A stretch of 64,000 bases of DNA from an uncultured Acidobacteriota bacterium. Its GTDB lineage: Bacteria > Acidobacteriota > Thermoanaerobaculia > UBA5066. The translations under genes and the position numbers were made by a program. The DNA is taken from assembly GCA_903845115.1 (NCBI GenBank), contig CAIMWE010000082.1:48935-112934 (forward strand), given 5' to 3'. Positions 43,025-52,127 of the stretch are shown one piece after another. How positions within the stretch are numbered: position 1 is the first letter of the stretch; each line of letters opens with the position of its first letter. The notes beneath the pieces are model-generated. The model had not been told where the DNA came from. It saw only the letters and a program-made list of their open reading frames with translations, and made no database searches.

Positions 43025-45958
43025 ATGAGACGTCAGTGGTTTCGTTCCCCCGGGGCGACGTTCGTCGCGCTGGCGGTATTCCTCGCGGTGGCGGCGCCGG
43101 CCGGCGCGCAGGTCAACACGACGACGGCGGAGATCGCCGGCACCGTCCGGGACGAGGGGGGGGGCGGCCTTCCCGGCGTCACCGTCGAGGGCACCAACAC
43201 CGAGACCGGCTTCCGCCGCTTCGCCATCACCGACACGAACGGCAGGTACGTCCTGACGCTCCTCCCTCCCGGCAAGTACTCGGTGACGGCCCTGATGCAG
43301 GGCCTCCAGAGCGTCAGGCGCGAAGGCCTGACGCTGGCTCTCGGCTCCAGCTCGCGCGTGGACTTCACGCTGAGGGTCGCCGCGGTCAGCCAATCGGTGA
43401 CGGTCACGGGCGAGGTCCCCGTCATCGAGGAGACGAAGACCGAGGTCTCCTCGACGGTCAACGAGAACTCCATCAAGAACCTCCCGCTCCAGACGCGGAA
43501 CTTCACCGACCTCGTCGTCCTCACGCCCGGCGCCACGAGCGACGATTCGGGCCGGGTCCACCTGAGCGGCCAGCGCGGGATCGGGAACTCCTTCAACGTC
43601 GACGGCGCCGACTCGAACTCCTCCTTCTTCGGCGAGCAGCGGGGTGGCACCCGCCCGCCGTTCACCTTCTCGCAGGGCGCCATCCAGGAGTTCCAGGTCA
43701 TCACCTCCTCCTACAACGCGCAGTACGGGAACGCGACGGGCGGGATCATCAACGCGATCACGAAGTCGGGAACGAACCAGTTCCACGCCGAGGTCTTCGG
43801 GTTCTACCGATCGAAGGCCCTCTCCCAGCCCGACGCGAACGGCTTCATCGGCGACGGCTTCGAGCAGAAGCAGTTCGGCGGCTTCGTCGGCGGCCCGATC
43901 GTCAAGGACCGGCTCTTCTTCTTCGGCGGCTACGACGGGCAGAGGCTCGACGACCCGTTCCAGGCCGGATACGTCGGGATGGGGACCTCCGCGGACCCGC
44001 TCCTCGACCCGAAGAACCTGGCCGCGCTGACCAAGTGGGGGATCAACCCGGCCACGGAGTGGGGGACGGTCAACCAGACGAACAACGTCGATTCCCCGTT
44101 CTTCAAGCTCTCGTGGAACGCCTCGGACAGCGTCACGGTGTCGCTGCGGGACAACTACAACAAGCAGCAGGGCGACAACCTGACGAACGGCCGCACCTTC
44201 CCGGACGACGGGCTCTCCAACAACGGCCAGGAGTCGAACTTCTTCAACTCCCTGGTGGGGAACTTGAACTGGGTCGTGTCGCCGGCCGTCTTCAACGAGC
44301 TCATCGCGCAGGCCGCGACGGAGCATCGCCCCCGCAACGCGAACTCCCAGACCCTCCCCGAGACCGTGATCGCCAACTTCGGGCGTTTCGGGCAGAACAA
44401 CTTTCTCCCGAACAACCTCGACGAGACCCGGCTCCAGTTCACCGACAACGTCAGCTTCTTCTCTGGAAACAACACGGTGAAGGCGGGCGTGGACTACGCC
44501 CACGTCAAGTACTCTGACGAGTTCTACCGGTACCGGTTAGGCGTCTACAACTTCGCGAGCATCACGGACTTCGTGAACGGGTCGGCCCGGTCGTTCCGGC
44601 AGGACTTCTCGGCCTACGGCGGGCTGGTCGACTACACGAGCGACTTCCTCTCCGGATACGTCCAGGACGACTGGCGCCCCACGCCGCGCCTCACGGTGAA
44701 CTTCGGGCTCCGCTACGACTACCAGCGACAGCCGGACTCGGTGGACAAGAACCCGCTCTACCCGGCGGTCGAGACGATCCCCTCCGACTCGAACAACTGG
44801 GGCCCGCGGCTGGGGTTCGCGTGGGACCCGGCCGGAACCGGCAAGAGCGTCGTCCGGGGCGGCATCGGCGTCTTCTACGTCTACTCGCCGTCGCTGCTGA
44901 CCGCCAACGCCCTCCTGAACAACGGCGTCCGGGTGCTCGACTACAACATCACCTGCTCCGGTACGAGCCCCTGCCCGCTCTACCCGAACCTCTGGGTGGG
45001 CCCGCCGACCTCCGGCGCCACGAAGCCGGGCCTCTTCGTCTACGACCAGGGCTTCCAGAACACGAGCACCACGCGGGTCTCGCTCGGCTACGAGCAGGAA
45101 GTGGTGCGGGACCTCTCGGTGGAGGCCGACCTGATCTACGCCCGGACGAAGAACCTCGAACGGGTCCGCGACGCGAACCTGACGTTGGTCGGACTGACGC
45201 CGGACGGGCGGCCCAGGTACACCACCACACCGCGGCCGAACGCCAGCTTCGGCGCCATCCAGACCTTCATGTCGGACGGCGACGGCGAGTACAAGGGGGT
45301 TCTCGTCTCGATCCGGAAGCGCCTGTCCAACGGGCTCCAGTTCGCCGCGTCGTACGCCTACGGGGACTCCCGCGACAACCAGTCGAACGAACGGAGCGTC
45401 TCCATCGGCACGAACTCGCCCGAGGACGCGAACAACCTGAATGCGGACTACGGCCCGTCCGACTTCGACATCCGTCACACGATCGTCGTCTCCGGCGTCT
45501 TCGACCTCCCGTGGGGCCTGACCTTCGCCCCGCTCTACCGGTGGCGGACCGGTGCGCCGTGGACCCCCGGGAACAGCGTCGATGTGAACGGCGACGGCGT
45601 CTTCAACGACCGGGCGAACGACCTGGTGAACTGCGACGCGAACGGCGCGTGCGACCTCGGCCCCAATCACGCCTCGCGCAACAGCATGCGCCAGCCAGTC
45701 TCCCAGCAGCTCGACGTGACTCTCTCGAAGGACTTCTCGAACGTCCTCGCCTCGGGGGTCGGGGCGACGATCTACGTCCAGGTGTTCAACCTGGCCCACT
45801 CGTCCAACCGGTACGTCTCGAACGCGAACTGGAACGAGGTCATCTCCGCGGGCGTCGTCAACGGCGTCCAGAAGTACAAGGCGAACCCGACGTTCAACGT
45901 CCCGGACCGGGTCGGGACGGCCCGTCAGTTCCAGCTGGGCGTCCGGATCAGCATGTAG
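43025..45958 (+). CDS. TonB-dependent receptor (Oar-like, carboxypeptidase-regulatory N-domain)
   Basis: Signal peptide, G.V.D..G..LPGVTV, KSGTNQFH, YVQDDW, PRLGFAWD, R.FQLGVR.SM terminus. Confidence 0.93.
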   Translation: MRRQWFRSPGATFVALAVFLAVAAPAGAQVNTTTAEIAGTVRDEGGGGLPGVTVEGTNTETGFRRFAITDTNGRYVLTLLPPGKYSVTALMQGLQSVRREGLTLALGSSSRVDFTLRVAAVSQSVTVTGEVPVIEETKTEVSSTVNENSIKNLPLQTRNFTDLVVLTPGATSDDSGRVHLSGQRGIGNSFNVDGADSNSSFFGEQRGGTRPPFTFSQGAIQEFQVITSSYNAQYGNATGGIINAITKSGTNQFHAEVFGFYRSKALSQPDANGFIGDGFEQKQFGGFVGGPIVKDRLFFFGGYDGQRLDDPFQAGYVGMGTSADPLLDPKNLAALTKWGINPATEWGTVNQTNNVDSPFFKLSWNASDSVTVSLRDNYNKQQGDNLTNGRTFPDDGLSNNGQESNFFNSLVGNLNWVVSPAVFNELIAQAATEHRPRNANSQTLPETVIANFGRFGQNNFLPNNLDETRLQFTDNVSFFSGNNTVKAGVDYAHVKYSDEFYRYRLGVYNFASITDFVNGSARSFRQDFSAYGGLVDYTSDFLSGYVQDDWRPTPRLTVNFGLRYDYQRQPDSVDKNPLYPAVETIPSDSNNWGPRLGFAWDPAGTGKSVVRGGIGVFYVYSPSLLTANALLNNGVRVLDYNITCSGTSPCPLYPNLWVGPPTSGATKPGLFVYDQGFQNTSTTRVSLGYEQEVVRDLSVEADLIYARTKNLERVRDANLTLVGLTPDGRPRYTTTPRPNASFGAIQTFMSDGDGEYKGVLVSIRKRLSNGLQFAASYAYGDSRDNQSNERSVSIGTNSPEDANNLNADYGPSDFDIRHTIVVSGVFDLPWGLTFAPLYRWRTGAPWTPGNSVDVNGDGVFNDRANDLVNCDANGACDLGPNHASRNSMRQPVSQQLDVTLSKDFSNVLASGVGATIYVQVFNLAHSSNRYVSNANWNEVISAGVVNGVQKYKANPTFNVPDRVGTARQFQLGVRISM

Positions 45959-45959
45959 G

Positions 45960-46117
45960 GGTGGAGGCGCGAAGCGATGCGCTTCGCGCCTCCACCGAGG
46001 GCGGCCAACTTGAATCAGGGGAACCCGGCGCCGCCGGTGGATGCGCTTCGCGCCTCCACCGAGGGCGGCCAACTTGAATCAGGGGAACCCGGCGCCGCCG
46101 GTGTTCCCCTGCGCGCC
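45960..46117. repeat. REP/BIME-like cluster: 17-bp perfect hairpin plus exact 64-bp tandem duplication
   Basis: GGTGGAGGCGCGAAGCG-ATG-CGCTTCGCGCCTCCACC (45960-45996); units 45976-46039 and 46040-46103 identical. Confidence 0.9.
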
Positions 46118-46203
46118 TTCGTCGCTACCCCTCCGGAGACGAGAGAACGGAGCCCCGCGACCTGGCGGCGGTTCGCCGCCTCTCCCGTCACGCCTCTCCC
46201 CGT

Positions 46204-46734
46204 TCAGTCGTTCGGCGCGCCGCGGCGGATCCAGTCGACGACCAGGGAGAGCTGGGCGGACGTCACCGTCGTGCCGCCCGGGGGCATCCGCGAACCGAGG
46301 ATGGCCGGGTCGCCGCGGAGCTTCACGACGAGGTACGAGTCGTTCGGAAGCCCGGGAAAGACCCGAAGCAGGGAGGTCTCCACGGAGACGACGTCCACGA
46401 GGCTCCGGTAGGCCTTGCCCGCCTCGAGCACCATCCCGAGCTGGGGGGCGGACCCCGCGTGGCAGCCCGAGAGGGCGCACGACGGCGTGAAGACCTCGCG
46501 CTGGACGCGGGTGAAGGTAGCCGTGGGATCGGGCGGCGTCGAAGGGCCGACGGCGGTCCCCTGGTCCGCGTTGCGGCACGCCGCCACCGTGAGCAGGAGC
46601 ACCAACGCCGCGCCCCCCGAGAGTCGACGCCGGCCTTCCCTGGAGCTATCCCCTCTCAGCGAAGCCCTCCTTCCCGGCCCGCGGCCGTCCCCCCCCCCGG
46701 CCGCGCCTCCGGAACGAGGGAGGGCCGGCTTCAC
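46204..46734 (-). CDS. Lipoprotein with cytochrome c-like domain (CX4CH)
   Basis: Lipobox VAAC, CALSGCH, RMPP, WIRRGA; start uncertain. Confidence 0.65.
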   Translation of the reverse strand: MKPALPRSGGAAGGGDGRGPGRRASLRGDSSREGRRRLSGGAALVLLLTVAACRNADQGTAVGPSTPPDPTATFTRVQREVFTPSCALSGCHAGSAPQLGMVLEAGKAYRSLVDVVSVETSLLRVFPGLPNDSYLVVKLRGDPAILGSRMPPGGTTVTSAQLSLVVDWIRRGAPND

Positions 46735-49316
46735 TTCGTGGTGATCGCCGGGAGAATCGCGTCGGTGTCCCCGGTCTTCCGGTCCTGACGGAGCAGCGTG
46801 GCGAAGACGGAGGCCGTCCCGGAGGGGACGACGTCGAGCCGTCCCATGTCGGTGCCGTAGCCCGCGATCGAGTACCAGGGGGTCGCGACGTACCGGACTT
46901 CCTTGGCGGCGAGCGCGTAGTCGCGGGTCCCGGCGGACTTGCCGTCGGATCCCGTCAGGTTGACGGTGACGGTCGTCGCGATGTCGGAGATGTTCGCGAG
47001 CAGGAGGTCGGTCTGGATGACGTTGTAGCCGTTATCGGTGGCGGAGAGGAAGACCCCCCGAGACCCGCCCGGGACCGCCGCGGTCGAGAGCTTGCCGGCG
47101 AGCCCGTAGCCGAAGGTCCCCCCGGAGGGGTCGGTGCCGTAGACCCGTGCAAAGACGGAGACCGGCTGGTCGGAGATGACGTCGAGAGCTCCGGTCGCGG
47201 CGGTCAGGCCGAGGAGCGACCCGAGGGGGTCGGTCAGGCTGACGACCTTGCCGGCCGGGACGGCGACGCTGGCCGAGGGGAGAGCCCCGCCGGGAGAGGC
47301 GGAGCGGAAGAGGAGTCGGACCGTCGCGGCGACCGAACCGGGGTTGTACAGCTGCACGTCGGTCCGGGAGGCGCTCCCGAGCGGGCCGCCGCCGCGGAAG
47401 ACCGCGGGGAGCCACTGGAGGGTGACCGCCTCGCTCGCCTTCGCCAGCTCCAGCCCGATCGGGTCGGACGTCACCGGGTCGATGGAGGTCCCGAAAGGAA
47501 TGGCGGTTCCCGAGGTGACGCTGACGACGAAGCGGGCGGACGGGACCGGGGCGATCCCGAACGACGCGAAGAGGGGGGAGTACTGGGTGTGGGTCCCTCC
47601 CGGCCAGCTGAAATCTCGGCTGGCCAGGGTTGCCCCGTTCCCGTCGACGATCGAGACCGTCCCCTGGGCGGCATCGACGGTCACGAACCCGGCGTTCGTC
47701 CTCTGGGCGGTATCGGGAGGGGTGAAGAGGGAACCGCTGTCGCCCGCCTGCACCGCTCCCGCGTCCTTGAAGGGGTTCATCGCGAACCCGTACGTTCCGC
47801 CGTCCGTCCGCTCCTTGTAGACCCGGGCCCAGCCGAACAGGTCGGCCGTGTTGCCCAGGTCCGTCTTCAGGCGGAGGGCGCCGAACGAGTCCGGGCCCTG
47901 CATTTCGTTGCTGATCGGGTCGGCCTGCACGAGGAGCTGCCCCACGCCGATGGTCCGCGCGGCGTTCGGCAGGTAGCCCGCGATCCAGCCGTTCGGAATC
48001 AGCTGCTCGGCGATCGTGATCGGGCTGGTGGCTCCCGTCGAGTCCGGCGTGCCCTTGTTCCAGGCGACCAGCTGGGTTTTCCACCTCGACGTCGCGCCGC
48101 CGATCGAGGCGGCGGACGGGAAGTAGAGGTCGTTCGCCGACGACGGGATCGGCGGGAACAGCGTCCCGATGTACCCCTTCGTGCCGAAGACGATCCGGTT
48201 GTTCGCGGCGTCGATCGCCAGCCCCCAGTTGGAGCCGACGCCGACCAGGTACTCCGCGAGGCCGGCGCTCTGGGCCCCGGTCGAGATGGCGGGCGGCGGG
48301 ACGGCGATGGCGTCAGTCGTGGGGACGATGTTCGCCGTGACGGCGGGTGTGGAGGTCCTGACGACTGGTGGATCGAGCGTCAGGTCGGGGTCCACGGGGA
48401 CCAGGATCTGGGTGCTGCTCGGGGAGGCGCCGTTCGGGTCCAAGAAGCCGATGATGCCGTACCCCTGGTCCGAGTAGAGGATCCGCTCCTTGTAGTTGAC
48501 CATGTCGTACGGGAGCGAGCCCACCGTCAGGGTGTAGACCCGGATCTCGCTCGTCGCCGGGTCGAAGCGGGCGAGCTGGCCCGTCGAATAGACGGAGATC
48601 CAGAGGGCGCCGTCGAAGCCCAGGATGATCTTCGACGGGTAGGACAGGGTGTCGGGGAGAAGCCATCGGCGGGCCGTCGTCCCGTCCTCGCTGAAGTGGA
48701 CGAGGTACCCGCCGAGGAAGTCGCACGTCCAGAGGGTGTTCTTGTCGTCCAGGTAGGGGTACGAGAGCGTGTAGAGGCTGGCGGACTGGTAATAGGTGAT
48801 CGTCCCGGCGTCCGGGTCGAACAGGGCCAGCGGGCCCCCCGTCTCGGGGACCCAAAACTTGTTGTCCTTCCGGCGGACCATCGAGGTCTGTCGGCGGGAG
48901 TAGTCGGCCCACTCGGTGAGGGTGCCGGTGGAGGGGTCGAACTTGGCGAAGTTCGGGTTCCCCAGCTCGGACACCCAGAAGGTCCCGTCCGGATTGGGGA
49001 GGAGGAAGCTGGGTCCCGTGCCCGTGGGCAGCGTCCAGCGCGTGGAGGTGAGCCCGTCCGCCGAGAGCTCGAGAATGACGTTTTCAAGGGCGGAGGCGGT
49101 CCAGATCGAGCCGTCCGGGCCGAGGGTGACGTTCGCCGCGTCGTAGTCGCCACCGTTCGGGATCGCGTAGAGGGAGCTGGCGGCCGACATCGTCAGGTTC
49201 GTGAACTGGCCGTTCGCGGCGCCGGCGCCCAGGAAGAAGAGGGTCGCCGCGATCGCCCGGAGCGCTCGGAAGGCAGGGAAGGACGTCCGTCGACTTGGTT
49301 GGAGGAAGTGTGCCAC
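46731..49316 (-). CDS. Secreted Vgb-like beta-propeller protein with repeated C-terminal beta domains
   Basis: Signal peptide; GPDGSIW, PDGTFWVSE, DGALWIS propeller repeats; two P......W.T.L/RTDV...N modules. Confidence 0.75.
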   Translation of the reverse strand: MAHFLQPSRRTSFPAFRALRAIAATLFFLGAGAANGQFTNLTMSAASSLYAIPNGGDYDAANVTLGPDGSIWTASALENVILELSADGLTSTRWTLPTGTGPSFLLPNPDGTFWVSELGNPNFAKFDPSTGTLTEWADYSRRQTSMVRRKDNKFWVPETGGPLALFDPDAGTITYYQSASLYTLSYPYLDDKNTLWTCDFLGGYLVHFSEDGTTARRWLLPDTLSYPSKIILGFDGALWISVYSTGQLARFDPATSEIRVYTLTVGSLPYDMVNYKERILYSDQGYGIIGFLDPNGASPSSTQILVPVDPDLTLDPPVVRTSTPAVTANIVPTTDAIAVPPPAISTGAQSAGLAEYLVGVGSNWGLAIDAANNRIVFGTKGYIGTLFPPIPSSANDLYFPSAASIGGATSRWKTQLVAWNKGTPDSTGATSPITIAEQLIPNGWIAGYLPNAARTIGVGQLLVQADPISNEMQGPDSFGALRLKTDLGNTADLFGWARVYKERTDGGTYGFAMNPFKDAGAVQAGDSGSLFTPPDTAQRTNAGFVTVDAAQGTVSIVDGNGATLASRDFSWPGGTHTQYSPLFASFGIAPVPSARFVVSVTSGTAIPFGTSIDPVTSDPIGLELAKASEAVTLQWLPAVFRGGGPLGSASRTDVQLYNPGSVAATVRLLFRSASPGGALPSASVAVPAGKVVSLTDPLGSLLGLTAATGALDVISDQPVSVFARVYGTDPSGGTFGYGLAGKLSTAAVPGGSRGVFLSATDNGYNVIQTDLLLANISDIATTVTVNLTGSDGKSAGTRDYALAAKEVRYVATPWYSIAGYGTDMGRLDVVPSGTASVFATLLRQDRKTGDTDAILPAITTK

Positions 49317-49373
49317 GGGCGCATTGTATCGGTCCGGCCGCCGGACCTCCCGCGCCCCGTCCCGGACCCCCGT

Positions 49374-49403
49374 TTGACGCGGGTTTCCGTTTCGGCTTAG
49401 CAT
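49374..49403 (+). promoter_or_regulatory. Putative rho promoter
   Basis: TTGACG-18 nt-TAGCAT. Confidence 0.5.
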
Positions 49404-49579
49404 CTCCCTGTCAAGGGGCGGCGGTCGCCGGCGAGTGACGCCGGTGAAGCCCGAAGGATTCGAAGCCCGCGGCGGAGCTTGACGCCGGAAGGGCTCGCGA
49501 CAAGGGGTTCCAGCAAGTTGGAACCGGCCGCCTCTCGAAGTTCACGGCGACCTCGGGCTCGGGCAGATGACAGCGGTTT

Positions 49580-51082
49580 GTGCCGCAACCCGAACACGAC
49601 CGGAAGCAGCGCACGAGGACCCGTCCTTTCGAGGACCGGTTCTCTCGGAGGATAGGTTTGGACGAGACGACACGCGAAGACGGGCACATCTCCCAGGCGA
49701 ACGACGAGCCGGACGAGTCCGTCGAGACGACGGAAGCCGAGGGCGATGACGTCGAGGAAACGGACGGCACTTCCGAGCCGGGCGAGGCGGGGGAGCCGGG
49801 GGAGGGCCTCGCGGCGGAGGGCGAACGGGGCGCTGTCCGCCGGCGGCGGCGCCGCCGCCGCCGCCGCGGCCGTTCCCGTCCGGGAGGAGTCGAGGACGGC
49901 TCCCCCGACCAGGTCCCTGCCCGGCTCGAGGCCGGCGACGGTGCCGTGGCCGTTCGCGAGCGGCGGGAAGCGCCGCCGGCCCAGAAGGTCGCCGTCTCCG
50001 GGCTCGTGAAGCTCTACGGGGACCACTCCGGGGTCCTCGTCTCCCCCGAGACCTACTTCTCCGAGAAGGGGGATCCGTTCCTGCCGAAACACCTCGTCGA
50101 AGCCGAGGACCTAGAGGACGGACTCCTGATCTCGGCCGAAGCGTCGCCCCGCAGCGGGAAGGGCCCTCTGGTCCAGAAGATCCTCACCGTGGAAGAAATG
50201 GAGCCGTCGACGTACCGGTCCAAGTACATCCAGTTCCACAAGGGGATCTCCGTCGACCCGGACCGCCGGCTCAGGATGGAGACCGCCGCGGACGAGCTCT
50301 CTGGCCGCGTCCTGGACCTGGTGGTGCCGCTCGGCCGCGGCCAGCGCTGCCTGATCGTGGCGCCCCCCAAGGCCGGGAAGACGATGCTCCTCAAGCTGAT
50401 GGCGAACGCGATCGCCAAGAACGACCCGGACGTCAAGATCTTCATGCTCCTCGTCGACGAGCGTCCCGAGGAGGTCACCGACATGCAGCGGTCGATCAGC
50501 GGCGAGGTGATCGCGTCGCCGACGGACATGAACGCCTCGCACCACATCGCCGTGGCCGAGGCGACGTTCGAGCGGGCGAAACGGCTCGTCGAGATCGGCC
50601 ACGACGTCGTCATCTTCCTGGACTCGATCACCCGCATGAGCCGGGCGTACAACAACGAGCAGCGGGGCAGCGGGAGGATCCTCTCGGGCGGAATCGACGC
50701 CCGGACGATGGAGAAGCCCCGCCGATTCTTCGGCGGAGCCCGGAACCACGAGGACGGCGGCTCCCTGACCATCATCGCCACGTGCCTCGTCGACACCGGC
50801 TCCCGGATGGACGACGTCATCTTCGAGGAGTTCAAGGGAACCGGGAACTGCGAGATCATCCTCGACCGCGGCCTGTTCGAGCGGCGGATCTTCCCCTGCA
50901 TCAACATCCCGGCTTCCGGGACCCGGAAGGAAGAGAAGCTCTACGGCACCGACGAGCTGCCCAAGATCCACAAGCTTCGCCGCGCTCTCTCGTCGGTCAA
51001 GCCCATGGACGCGATGGAGCTCCTCCTGACGAAGATCACCCGGACGAAGACGAACGCCGAATTCCTCAAGTCGATCCTGTAG
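49580..51082 (+). CDS. rho: Transcription termination factor Rho
   Basis: PLGRGQR.LIVAPPKAGKT, LLVDERPEEVTDM, DSITR, FEEFKGTGN, SGTRKEE. Confidence 0.96.
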   Translation: MPQPEHDRKQRTRTRPFEDRFSRRIGLDETTREDGHISQANDEPDESVETTEAEGDDVEETDGTSEPGEAGEPGEGLAAEGERGAVRRRRRRRRRRGRSRPGGVEDGSPDQVPARLEAGDGAVAVRERREAPPAQKVAVSGLVKLYGDHSGVLVSPETYFSEKGDPFLPKHLVEAEDLEDGLLISAEASPRSGKGPLVQKILTVEEMEPSTYRSKYIQFHKGISVDPDRRLRMETAADELSGRVLDLVVPLGRGQRCLIVAPPKAGKTMLLKLMANAIAKNDPDVKIFMLLVDERPEEVTDMQRSISGEVIASPTDMNASHHIAVAEATFERAKRLVEIGHDVVIFLDSITRMSRAYNNEQRGSGRILSGGIDARTMEKPRRFFGGARNHEDGGSLTIIATCLVDTGSRMDDVIFEEFKGTGNCEIILDRGLFERRIFPCINIPASGTRKEEKLYGTDELPKIHKLRRALSSVKPMDAMELLLTKITRTKTNAEFLKSIL

Positions 51083-51088
51083 CGACGA

Positions 51089-51154
51089 CGCTTCGCGCCT
51101 CGCCGAGGGCGGCCATCATTGTTCGGGAGAACCCGCCGGGTTCTCCCGCGCGCC
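51089..51154. repeat. Diverged dispersed copy of the 46044-46117 element
   Basis: CGCTTCGCGCCTC.CCGAGGGCGGCCA, spacer, hairpin CGGGAGAACCC-GCC-GGGTTCTCCCG, then CGCGCC. Confidence 0.8.
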
Positions 51155-51276
51155 GTTGGCGCTCCCTCTCCTCTCCGGCGGAGAAGCTCCCCCCCCTGCC
51201 CCGGTGAGGCGGCCCGCAGCCGCGGGCGACCGAGCGGCGCGGAACCTGACGCCGACCAGACGAAACGGGGTCGAGC

Positions 51277-52083
51277 TCAGCGCTCGATCTCTGGCTCGGG
51301 CAGGAAGAAGTCGGTCATCCGCCTCATCACGGCGCGCGACTCCTCGATGTGGAGGAACCGCGAGAGCTCGGGGAAGGTGATCATCTCGCAGCCGGCGATG
51401 CCGGCCGCGATCGTCTGGGCGGTCTGGAGCCTGCCGGGCAGATCCCGGCCCCCGACGATGACGGCCGTCCGGGCCTCGATGGCGCCGAGGCGCTCCGCCT
51501 GGGCCGGGCCGGTCCTGGGTGGGCGGATGAACCGGTCGACCCCGGCCCTCGAGCGCCGGAAGATCTCCGTCAGGCGCTCCTGCATCCCTTCCCGCGCTCT
51601 CGCCACGTCGAAGACGGGCGACGCCAGCCACTTGCCGAGGGCGCCGAAGACGGGATCGGCATGGATCGCGGCGACGAGCTGGGGCTGGGCGGCGAACTCC
51701 TTCAGCCAGGGGTCGAACCCGTCCAGCGAGGGGGCGAGGAGGGCCATCGAGCGGGTCCTCTCGGGGCGAGTCAGGGCGAACTCGATCGCGACCTCGGCTC
51801 CTTCGTCGTGGGCCACGAGGTGAGTGGCGTCGATGCCGAACCAGTCGAGGAGCGCGGTGAGGTCGGCCACCTCGTCGGCGAGCGAGACGGGGCCGGGGGG
51901 GCCTTCCGACCGGCCGCAGAGTCTCCGGTCGATGCGGATCGCCCGGAAGCCGGAGCCCAGCCCGGTCGCCGGGGCTTCCATCAGGTCGGCGTTCCCGAGG
52001 AACCCGTGCAGGAGGACGATCGGGTCGCCGTCCCCGCCGACTTCGTAGTAGAGGCGTTGTCCGTTCACTCCGGAATAGGGCAT
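51277..52083 (-). CDS. Alpha/beta fold hydrolase
   Basis: LLHGF, D.R.CGRS, nucleophile elbow AHDEGA. Confidence 0.85.
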   Translation of the reverse strand: MPYSGVNGQRLYYEVGGDGDPIVLLHGFLGNADLMEAPATGLGSGFRAIRIDRRLCGRSEGPPGPVSLADEVADLTALLDWFGIDATHLVAHDEGAEVAIEFALTRPERTRSMALLAPSLDGFDPWLKEFAAQPQLVAAIHADPVFGALGKWLASPVFDVARAREGMQERLTEIFRRSRAGVDRFIRPPRTGPAQAERLGAIEARTAVIVGGRDLPGRLQTAQTIAAGIAGCEMITFPELSRFLHIEESRAVMRRMTDFFLPEPEIER

Positions 52084-52127
52084 CGGTCCCTCCTACAGGC
52101 CGGCGGTCGTCGCTCCTGGCCGGCCAA

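Noticed and set aside
41003-44503. Very long antisense/alternate-frame ORFs (e.g. 1166 aa here; 57053..60277; 23466..26231; 31948..34563)
   Set aside because: Typical stop-poor shadow frames of high-GC3 genes; Arg/Pro/Gly-rich with no motifs
45960-46117. CRISPR array
   Set aside because: Two contiguous identical units, no unique spacers, no cas genes
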